In this document: positions 1 through 7,264 of the stretch, in pieces
How positions within the stretch are numbered: the first letter of the stretch is position 1
Layout of the letters: each line of letters starts with the position of its first letter
NCBI GenBank assembly: GCA_030616775.1
Contig: JAUWWQ010000046.1
Span: 1 to 32,000 of the forward strand
From: Planctomycetota bacterium
Lineage (GTDB): Bacteria; Planctomycetota; Phycisphaerae; UBA1845
Length of the DNA stretch: 32,000 nt
Direction: 5' to 3'
Notes under the pieces: model-generated
What the model was told of the DNA's origin: nothing
The model's input: the letters and a program-made list of their open reading frames with translations, nothing else
Databases searched by the model: none
Position numbers and translations under genes: made by a program

Positions 1-48
1 CCAGAGCTCGTCCGTGAGCAGTGGCTTGGCCATTGGTTCGTCCTCCAT
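1..48 (-). CDS. Possible 5' end of an IS5/IS4-type (DUF4096-like) transposase gene, cut by the window edge
   Basis: A reverse-strand ATG at 48 (second ATG at 33) opens MEDEPMAKPLLTDELW and runs off the window. A P-L-L-(T/S)-D-E-L-W opening is typical of IS5-family transposase N-termini. Only 16 codons are visible. Confidence 0.3.
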   Translation of the reverse strand, partial: MEDEPMAKPLLTDELW

Positions 49-200
49 GACAACCAAGGAATCGAAATCGCTGCGCACTCATCGGTTCACCTGCTCATCG
101 AACATGACGTTTTGTTAGACGGTCTAAGTCTCAGCCTCCGCAGCGCCATGTGAGCTGAAGGCTTGCAGCGCGCTCGAAGCGAAGCGGGGCGACATGTCGG

Positions 201-2408
201 GTGACCTCCGCTATTGTACGTTGTATGGATCGCGGAGAGATATGCAGCCGGTTTCTGGACGCCGTCGAGTACGAACTCTATCCGTTCCAGGAGGAGGCCC
301 TGCTGGCCTGGTTCGAGTCGGAGGCCGGTCTTTTGGTCACGGTTCCGACGGGGATGGGCAAGACCCTCATCGCCGAGGCGGCCATCTTCGAGGCCCTCCA
401 CGCAGGTCAGCGCCTCTATTACACCACACCGCTGATCGCCCTGACCGACCAGAAATTCCGCGAATTCCAGGATCGGGCGGAGGCATGGGGCTTTCCTCGC
501 CAGGAAATCGGGCTGATCACCGGCAACCGCCGGGTCAATCCCGACGCTCGAATCCGCATCGTGGTGGCCGAGATTCTGCTCAACCACATCCTGGCCGGCC
601 AGGAGCAGCTCGACGACGTGAGCAGCGTGGTCATGGATGAGTTCCACTACTTCAACGACTGGGAACGCGGCGTAGTATGGGAGCTGTCGCTGGTGCTGTT
701 GCCGGCACCCATACGGCTCATGCTGCTGTCCGCCACGGTGGGCAACCCGGTGGAGTTCATCGGTTGGATCAGTAAGGAACACGGCCGCAAGCTCCGACTT
801 ATCCAAAGCGATCAGCGGCAGGTCCCGTTGGAGTTCCTCTGGGTCGGTGACAAGCTGTTGACCGAGCACCTGGTGACCATGCTGGACGACGATGACGCCG
901 AGAATCGCGCCCCGGCGCTGGTCTTTTGCTTCAACCGCGACGAGTGCTGGGAGGTGGCCGAGCGTCTCAAGGGTCTCAAGCTTATAGGCCAGGCCACCCG
1001 GGCCGAGGTGGAAAGACATCTCGACAATGACGCTTTCGCTCGAGGTGCCGGCCCCAAGCTCAAACAGATGCTGATTCGCGGCGTGGGCGTCCACCACGCC
1101 GGGGTGCTGCCCAAGTACAAGCAAGTCGTCGAGGATCTGTTCCTCAAGAAGCTGATCCCCTTCGTGGTGTGCACCGAGACACTGGCCGCCGGTGTCAACC
1201 TGCCGGCGCGATCCGTCGTGGTAAGCACGCTTCTTAAAGGCAAGCGCGGCGAGAAGAAGCTCGTGCCGCCCTCGTCCGGGCATCAGATGTTCGGTCGAGC
1301 AGGCCGACCACAGTTCGACACCAAAGGCTTCGTTTACGCTCTGGCCCACGAAGACGACGTCAAGATCCACAAGTGGCGCCGGAAGTACGACCAGATCGAT
1401 CCGACCTCGAAAGACCCGGGTCTTATGAGGGCCCGCAAGAACCTCGAACGCAAGAGACCCACGCGTCGAAAGACCGAGCAGTATTGGTCCGAAGGGCAGT
1501 TCAAGACGCTCATCCAGGCCGGCCCGGCGAGACTGGCCAGTCGATCCATGATTCCGTATCAGGTGTTGATCTACCTGCTCACCAGGAAGGGGACGCTGCA
1601 TACCGCCCGCGAGTTTCTGTCCAGGCGTTTCAACAAACCCGAAACACTAAAGAAGTTTCAGGATCAACTGGAGCACATGATCGGCAACCTGGAGACCTTC
1701 AGCTTCTTGACCAGAACCGACGACGAGGACGAGGACGCCGTAATCCTCAATGACAACATCTATGCGCTGCTGAACTTCCGAAGCGTCGACCCGCTGTACG
1801 GCTCGTTTCTGATCGGGAAGTTGTCACGGAGCAGCTTCGAGGAAAAAATGCTTGCTCTGGAATCCGTGCTTCCACTGCCGCCGGTGGTCGAGCGGAAGGT
1901 GTGCATCCCCGAAATGGACCCCGGCCCGCTGCAAACCCAGGTGCTGGAGCCGCTGCTCATACAGATGGGACTTGCCACGGTGCGCCCCGAAGGCGGTATC
2001 GCCGCGGTGTTCGAGACCGAGGGCGCGGATTACTGGCAAAGGGAGGACGACACCAAGCCCGCTCTTACCCTGCCGGAAATGCTGAAGATCCTTTTTGACG
2101 CCAAGCTCAAAACGCCGGAGGCTGTTTTTGTTCAGCCCAAATGGGTCGCCGGGGGGATCTTCGAATTCGACTGCGATTTTCACAAGTTCGTACGTGCCCG
2201 CGACATGGTCAAGAATGAGGGCCTGGTCCTTCGACACCTGCTGCGACTTGTCATCCTCACAGGGGAGTTTTTCGCGCAGAGTGATGGCGACCCCGACTAC
2301 GAACGGATCGGTGAACTGGCCACACAGGTCTGCGAACAGGTCGACCCGAGATACACGGATCGTTTCCTGGCCGGCGAGAAAGAGGCGATCAAGCTGGCCG
2401 AGCTGTGA
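201..2408 (+). CDS. Superfamily-2 DEAD/DEAH-box helicase, Ski2/HelY-like
   Basis: 735-aa ORF with a GTG start at 201 (alternative ATG at 225). Contains Walker A/motif I VPTGMGKT, motif II DEFH, motif III SAT, and motif VI-like QMFGRAGRPQFD. The long C-terminal helical region is typical of Ski2-like helicases. Confidence 0.9.
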   Translation: MTSAIVRCMDRGEICSRFLDAVEYELYPFQEEALLAWFESEAGLLVTVPTGMGKTLIAEAAIFEALHAGQRLYYTTPLIALTDQKFREFQDRAEAWGFPRQEIGLITGNRRVNPDARIRIVVAEILLNHILAGQEQLDDVSSVVMDEFHYFNDWERGVVWELSLVLLPAPIRLMLLSATVGNPVEFIGWISKEHGRKLRLIQSDQRQVPLEFLWVGDKLLTEHLVTMLDDDDAENRAPALVFCFNRDECWEVAERLKGLKLIGQATRAEVERHLDNDAFARGAGPKLKQMLIRGVGVHHAGVLPKYKQVVEDLFLKKLIPFVVCTETLAAGVNLPARSVVVSTLLKGKRGEKKLVPPSSGHQMFGRAGRPQFDTKGFVYALAHEDDVKIHKWRRKYDQIDPTSKDPGLMRARKNLERKRPTRRKTEQYWSEGQFKTLIQAGPARLASRSMIPYQVLIYLLTRKGTLHTAREFLSRRFNKPETLKKFQDQLEHMIGNLETFSFLTRTDDEDEDAVILNDNIYALLNFRSVDPLYGSFLIGKLSRSSFEEKMLALESVLPLPPVVERKVCIPEMDPGPLQTQVLEPLLIQMGLATVRPEGGIAAVFETEGADYWQREDDTKPALTLPEMLKILFDAKLKTPEAVFVQPKWVAGGIFEFDCDFHKFVRARDMVKNEGLVLRHLLRLVILTGEFFAQSDGDPDYERIGELATQVCEQVDPRYTDRFLAGEKEAIKLAEL

Positions 2409-2504
2409 TTTCCTGCTCGTCCGACAGCCCTGAATTAATCGCTGATTTTCGCGGCTGCGGCTTGACGCTCAAGACTAACTTGGTAGCCCCGGCTTAACCT
2501 GAGC

Positions 2505-3368
2505 TTACTTATCCTGCCCTTGTTTGACTGGGTTGAGCAACCGCTTCTTCATGATTTGGGCAATCGGGACCCACTCGCCGGGGTTGTTGGCGGCGAACTC
2601 GTCCATGTCCCGGCCGTCAACGGCGATAAGCGCATCGGCAAGCTTGGAGCAGAATTTCCGGTCACACAGATGAAACGGATCTTTCTGCGCTAAACGGATA
2701 TGGTCTCGCATTCGCTGTAGCTCACGAGAACAACCCGGGTTTGTATCCACGAACGCCGCAATCTGTTCGAATACTGTGCTGTGCTCTTCGAAGAACGTAT
2801 GAACTGTACATTGGACGTTATCGCGTTTGCATTGGTGAATGACAACATCGAGGGAACCGTTCGGTCTCTCGCGCGGCGGCTCAGACGCTCGTATACATCC
2901 CGTTCCATTGAACTCGCCGGTGATCATGTCGCTCAGCGCCGCAAACGTGTCGAGTACAGCCCTCTTGCAGTGCGCACGCAACCGTACAATCATAGCACGT
3001 TCCGTTATACCCGCTTTCTCGTCATGCAAGAAGCGGCTCAGGGCTTGGAGACACGTGCGGGCAGGGCGTAGCTGTTTTGGATTAACCAGCCGCCTTTCTA
3101 TCTTGTCGTAGACATCGACAATACCCGCAGTGTCACGCTGCTGGCAAAGACTGTAGATGTATGCCAAAGGCTGAACCCAGGCATTTTTAATCTCAAGTCG
3201 TGAGTACGTGGACGCTCCTCTGAATCTGTACGTCGACAGAGCGTGTTTGACAGGAGCAGCATGACGCGGGCCCTTTTGCTGTTCGATCAAAAGGGTCGTG
3301 TCAACAAGAACCGTTCGAGAAGCAGGGCTTGGCTCAGCAGGTCTACTGATCCTACGTCCCCTGTTCAT
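2505..3368 (-). CDS. Hypothetical protein, split PIN-like nuclease candidate with a Cys/His-rich insertion (third gene of the 3-gene operon)
   Basis: 287-aa ORF whose ATG lies 5 nt after the stop of the upstream gene. The N-terminal strand TVLVDTTLLIE (D23) and STYSRLEI (E59) resemble PIN motifs 1-2. LADALIAVDGRD (D245/D251) resembles the C-terminal PIN acidic motifs. The roughly 185-aa insert carries H-Q-C-x6-C-x2-H and H-L-C-x4-C. Confidence 0.7.
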   Translation of the reverse strand: MNRGRRISRPAEPSPASRTVLVDTTLLIEQQKGPRHAAPVKHALSTYRFRGASTYSRLEIKNAWVQPLAYIYSLCQQRDTAGIVDVYDKIERRLVNPKQLRPARTCLQALSRFLHDEKAGITERAMIVRLRAHCKRAVLDTFAALSDMITGEFNGTGCIRASEPPRERPNGSLDVVIHQCKRDNVQCTVHTFFEEHSTVFEQIAAFVDTNPGCSRELQRMRDHIRLAQKDPFHLCDRKFCSKLADALIAVDGRDMDEFAANNPGEWVPIAQIMKKRLLNPVKQGQDK

Positions 3369-3373
3369 GGTTG

Positions 3374-3937
3374 CTACCGAGTCTCGTCCATGTCTTCGAT
3401 AAACGCAAGTGCTGTGAATCCTTGTCGGAGGAACTCGGCGCGCACGACCTCGGCATTCTCTCGCACCAACCGCGACTGCCCAAGATCGTTCAACGCCTCG
3501 CGAAACGCCGCAAGTTGCCCTTGTTTCACCGAACCGGTCTGACCAGCGATCCGCACACCATTCTCAAGTACTGCGAGGATCTCCTGGTGCGATTCGCTAC
3601 AGTCACATGCGCTTTCCCACATCCCCGCTACCACGCCTCTCAAGCCTTCAAGGCCCAGCTGCGCCTCGAAGTTGTCCACGGGGTCAATGCTGTCAACTAG
3701 CTCCCGCGCTTCCTTCAACAAATCCATGTCCAACATCTTGTCGGTACGACGCTGAGGTGCCCAACCGCCGTGGCGAACCGGCAAGTCTCTACTGCGCTGG
3801 GTGAGTCCGGAATCCCGCGTCTCCTGAGCTGGAGTCTCCCACTCCTGACTTACACCCGTGGTCCCTGGGCCGGAGGGCATGCTGGACGATTCTCGGCTCT
3901 TCACTACCTCAATCTCAGATGCGCTTGCTGTTTCCAA
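3374..3937 (-). CDS. Hypothetical protein (middle gene of the 3-gene operon); low-complexity N-terminus and helical C-terminal half
   Basis: 187-aa ORF with a TTG start at 3937. A GGAGG lies 7-8 nt upstream, embedded in the last codons (..cgg agg taa) of the upstream gene. Gaps to both neighbours are 5 nt. An internal ATG at 3736 is an alternative start. No recognisable catalytic motif. Confidence 0.65.
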   Translation of the reverse strand: METASASEIEVVKSRESSSMPSGPGTTGVSQEWETPAQETRDSGLTQRSRDLPVRHGGWAPQRRTDKMLDMDLLKEARELVDSIDPVDNFEAQLGLEGLRGVVAGMWESACDCSESHQEILAVLENGVRIAGQTGSVKQGQLAAFREALNDLGQSRLVRENAEVVRAEFLRQGFTALAFIEDMDETR

Positions 3938-3942
3938 GATGA

Positions 3943-4737
3943 TTACCTCCGAGTACTAAGAACTGCTGCCTGGAATCGACTTGCTTCCTGCTTCGCTTCC
4001 CGCAAGAAATCTTTGACCTTCGCTTCCTGCGGCGGCCAAACCCAATAGTAGTCAACATCGATCACGAACCCCGCTTCGGGCGATTGTTCTCGCTGCTTGG
4101 CACGCTTGAGCTGATCGAGAAGCGCTTCCCGTTGCCCCTTGGGAAGCAGGTGCGGAGGCGACTTCAGTCGTTCGTCCAGTTGGGCTGGCGCCCACATGCG
4201 ATGGAACGGTCCCGTTCGAACACTGGCGCCTTTCGAGCGATCCGGCAACTCAAAGATGTATGTTGAGCTATACTGGCGAGCCGTAAAACCCGACTCATCG
4301 GATCCCGGGACTCGCCAATCGCTTGAGGGTGCGTATTTGAGAGACAACGCTTCTGCCTCATCGATCGAATCGGTCCCGAGCACGTCGACGTGTCTACTCC
4401 CAAATCGACGCCAATCACGAAGGTCGAATCGCCCCGTGATTGTAGCTAACGTCGTCACCGCAATCGCGTCAAAGTCGCAAAAACGATCTCCGATAGGATT
4501 ACAATCGACGACCAGCCGTTCCGAGTGGAATGCAATCGCCAAGTTCAACTCTGGGCAAATGATCCTAGCTCCTGCAGGGGCAGTCTCTTGCGGCATCCAA
4601 GGATGATTCGTCTCTTCGGCAAGGATCTTCTCAAGAATCAGCATCACCTCACCGCAACGATCAAGATAACGATAACCACGTTCGTATCGGGCTTCGAAGA
4701 TCCGCTGCCGAGGAATAGGGTCTCGTGAAGAAGTCAT
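3943..4737 (-). CDS. Hypothetical protein, reminiscent of the uncharacterised TIGR04255 family (first gene of the 3-gene operon)
   Basis: 264-aa ORF with an ATG start. The opening ..RIFEARYERGYRYLDRCGEV.. and the later ..WRRFGSRHVDVLG.. resemble, from memory only, the two half-domains of TIGR04255-type proteins. No HMM check was possible here. Confidence 0.75.
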   Translation of the reverse strand: MTSSRDPIPRQRIFEARYERGYRYLDRCGEVMLILEKILAEETNHPWMPQETAPAGARIICPELNLAIAFHSERLVVDCNPIGDRFCDFDAIAVTTLATITGRFDLRDWRRFGSRHVDVLGTDSIDEAEALSLKYAPSSDWRVPGSDESGFTARQYSSTYIFELPDRSKGASVRTGPFHRMWAPAQLDERLKSPPHLLPKGQREALLDQLKRAKQREQSPEAGFVIDVDYYWVWPPQEAKVKDFLREAKQEASRFQAAVLSTRR

Positions 4738-5238
4738 TCTCGTTCAGCCAATCCGCAGATTCGTCGGCCTAAGGCGATCTGTCGCCCAGGCGATGATCGC
4801 TCCGATCTCTAAGTATACTCCCGTTGAACAGACAGCTCCAGCACGGAGCCTCTCTATCTTATAGGACGCCCGGGGCGCCTACAAGAACTTCAACAACGAC
4901 CGCTCGTTGATCAGCTGCGAGCGATCGCCGCTCCTGGGGCAAGAACGCACTCTTCTCGTTGCAATACACACTCGTCTCAAGCGACCGTTCGGCAAGGATC
5001 GTCACCCCTTGGGCCTGCACCGGAATAGATACTACATCCAGGATGCCGCCACCAGCGAGGAAACGCTGCTCCGTCGACTTCGCCGCGCGGCAGGGAGCAC
5101 CGCAAGCCGTGGGGCGCCTGTCAGGGCGTAACGTGGGTGTAACATGGGAGCTGCTGCAACAACGTCGCCGCTCTCGCCCCTCTCAGCGGTCAGAGTCGAA
5201 GGCGCATTGCCCTGCGCATGACAAGACAAGCAGCGCCG

Positions 5239-6051
5239 CTACTTGCCCTTGGTGCAGCCAGCGTGTTCCTTATTCTCATGACCGGCGTGGCCGGCATGGC
5301 CCTTGCTTTTTTGATGGCCGCACCCCTCATGCCCGTCATTCTTGTCGTGGGCGAATCCACCGTGTTCTTTGTCTCCGAGACCGGCGCAGCCGACATGCTC
5401 ATGACCAGCGCCGCCCCCGCACCCCAAAGCGCCATGATGTTCATCCACGAAGACGCGCATCTCATCTTCACTCAGCGTTCCGTCGCCATCGGTGTCGGCC
5501 TCAGGATTGTGCTCCAGCATTCTTGCACGGTGCTCCGCCATCTGTTGCGCCCTGAAGGTCTCGAACTCGGCCAGGGACAGCACGCCGTCCTGATCGGTGT
5601 CGGCCTCGAGATGATGCTCCATAACCATCGCACGGCGTTCCTCCATCCGTTGTGCTCGGAAGGCTTCAAACTCAGCCTCGGAGAACACGTCGTCGCTGTC
5701 GCTGTCGGTGTCGGCGGCGGGGTGATGCTCGAGCATCTTCGCACGCTGCTCGTCGGTCATCTTTCCGTATTCCATGCGTCCCATCATTCCGTGGTGCTTG
5801 CCTTCCATACATCCGGGTTTTCGGGCTTCGCCGTGACCGTGCTTCGCGGCGAAGAACGCCTTGATCTCCTCGCGGGTTAGAACACCGTCGCTATCGGCAT
5901 CGATACCCTGATCGCCGAAGCTCTCCAGCAGCTTGGCATGCCCAGATGCAGGGATTGGCTCAGTTGGCTCACCGGCGACGAAGACAACACCCACAGACAC
6001 CACGGAAATGGCGGCTGTCGCGACCACCAACTTGTACACTCGCATCCTCAT
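5239..6051 (-). CDS. Secreted or anchored EF-hand repeat protein with a His/Cys-rich C-terminal tail
   Basis: 270 aa. AAGGAGAA lies 6 nt upstream of the ATG. Hydrophobic N-terminus KLVVATAAISVVSVGVVFVAG. Four DxDxDG-type loops (DADSDGVLTREE, DTDSDSDDVFSEAEF, DTDQDGVLSLAEF, DTDGDGTLSEDEM). Three tandem MLEHHP-x-ADTD...FRAQ modules. Tail GHEGCGHQKSKGHAGHAGHENKEHAGC. Confidence 0.85.
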   Translation of the reverse strand: MRMRVYKLVVATAAISVVSVGVVFVAGEPTEPIPASGHAKLLESFGDQGIDADSDGVLTREEIKAFFAAKHGHGEARKPGCMEGKHHGMMGRMEYGKMTDEQRAKMLEHHPAADTDSDSDDVFSEAEFEAFRAQRMEERRAMVMEHHLEADTDQDGVLSLAEFETFRAQQMAEHRARMLEHNPEADTDGDGTLSEDEMRVFVDEHHGALGCGGGAGHEHVGCAGLGDKEHGGFAHDKNDGHEGCGHQKSKGHAGHAGHENKEHAGCTKGK

Positions 6052-6361
6052 CGTTCGTTCTCCTTGTCATGTTGAAGCAACCGGGACTCCGCGCTGTTGC
6101 GTGCCCCTCCTTGGCGAACCTCTCATTATACTCATTCGGCGTTCTGTCATCCAGCATCCAACTCGGCTATCGAAGGTGGCCCACCTGTGTGAACCATTGG
6201 CCCTTGAGACGTGGATGGGGTAGCTGAGGCTGCCATGAACGGCCGTCCCCGGGGCCCGCGCGGCGAAGCCGCTGGGGCTCGGTACGGACTCCGAGATCGA
6301 ATGGCCAAGCAATATCGTATCCTGCGGCAGGTGTTGGTGCAGCCGGCGGAGAACTTAGATG

Positions 6362-6397
6362 AAAAAAACAGGCGCCGACCCCCAAGGGCCGGCGCCC
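6362..6397 (-). terminator. Rho-independent terminator of the molybdopterin oxidoreductase operon
   Basis: An 11-bp GC-rich stem (6371-6381 pairs with 6386-6396, 10/11 bp, CCAA loop) is followed on the minus strand by UG + U7 (6362-6368). It lies about 120 nt downstream of the Fe-S subunit stop. Confidence 0.75.
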
Positions 6398-6515
6398 TGA
6401 CACGTAGAGAATTCCTGCTATTGCAGAAACTCACGTCACACAAGGCTGCAAGGCCCGGCTTCGGAACGCGGGTTCGCCAAACCGCACACGACCAGCGAGC
6501 GCGTTGCGACCCGGA

Positions 6516-7253
6516 TTACGCAGTAAGATCTACCTCAGCGCCCACCTCGAACACGTAGATCCACGACGTTCCGTTCCCCGCAGGATCGCTGCGCGCAACG
6601 GCATAGCCGTCCGCCTCGGCCTGGTCGGCCAATGCCTGGATGTTCTCGAGCGTGTCAAACTGCAGGGCCCCGGTCGGGCACGTGTCGACGCAAGCCGGCG
6701 CCCGGCCGTCTCTCGTTCGTCCGTAGCAAAACACGCACTTGAGAACCTTGTTCTCGTCGGTGCTAAACTTCGGTACACCGAACGGACAATTGTTGACGCA
6801 CATCTGGCAGCGTATGCAGTTATCGTGATCCAGCACGACCGGACCATCGGCGAGTTTCTGCATGGCTGGCGTGTCCGTCCCGTTTTGCGGGCAAACGTTC
6901 ACGCAAGTCGGATCCTCGCAGTGCATGCACTGCCGTTTGGTGAATACGACGTTCGCGTCGCCTGCGTCATAACTGCCCGACTCATGTTCCCCGACATAGC
7001 ACCACGTTTGCGGTGTGAAGTCGGTTTTGAACGTTGTGGGGTCCGTCTCGTTGTCCCACCAGCTCTTGCAAGCGATGTGGCAGGACTTGCAGTTGACACA
7101 GCGTCGCGTGTCGACAAGGACGCCGTACACCGTGGCGGTTGTTTCCTGGGCGTTGGCTGCGGTCTTGGACAGTGCAGCCGGGGCGGCCACAGCGGCGCCC
7201 GCGCCAATCCCTACCGTCTTGATGAAGGTTCTTCTTTGCATATCTGTATTCAT
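6516..7253 (-). CDS. 4Fe-4S ferredoxin-type electron-transfer subunit of a DMSO-reductase-family enzyme (ArrB/PsrB-like), with a Tat signal
   Basis: Start chosen at ATG 7253 (MNTDMQRRTFIK); an AGGAG 8 nt upstream overlaps the stop of the catalytic-subunit gene. Twin-arginine QRRTFIK. Four Cys clusters: CVNCKSCHIAC, CMHCEDPTCVNVCP, CIRCQMCVNNCP, and CVFC..ACVDTCP. Confidence 0.9.
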   Translation of the reverse strand: MNTDMQRRTFIKTVGIGAGAAVAAPAALSKTAANAQETTATVYGVLVDTRRCVNCKSCHIACKSWWDNETDPTTFKTDFTPQTWCYVGEHESGSYDAGDANVVFTKRQCMHCEDPTCVNVCPQNGTDTPAMQKLADGPVVLDHDNCIRCQMCVNNCPFGVPKFSTDENKVLKCVFCYGRTRDGRAPACVDTCPTGALQFDTLENIQALADQAEADGYAVARSDPAGNGTSWIYVFEVGAEVDLTA

Positions 7254-7264
7254 GGAGCCAACTC

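Noticed and set aside
87-1601. 504-aa minus-strand ORF
   Set aside because: It is entirely antisense to the helicase gene, which has clear SF2 motifs. Its composition is Arg/Gly/Leu/Pro-rich, typical of shadow frames in high-GC DNA.
201-4737. Helicase plus the adjacent small proteins as a Hachiman-like (HamA/HamB) helicase-based defence pair
   Set aside because: The helicase is convergent to the three-gene operon, not co-oriented. It has the high GC of the flanking genome rather than the lower GC of the operon. It looks like a general Ski2/HelY-type helicase. No DUF1837-like nuclease motif was seen in the 264-aa protein.
5218-5880. 220-aa plus-strand ORF (and 4959-5555, 198 aa)
   Set aside because: It is antisense or offset to the EF-hand gene, whose repeats and calcium-binding loops are unmistakable. 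The plus-frame products are low-complexity.
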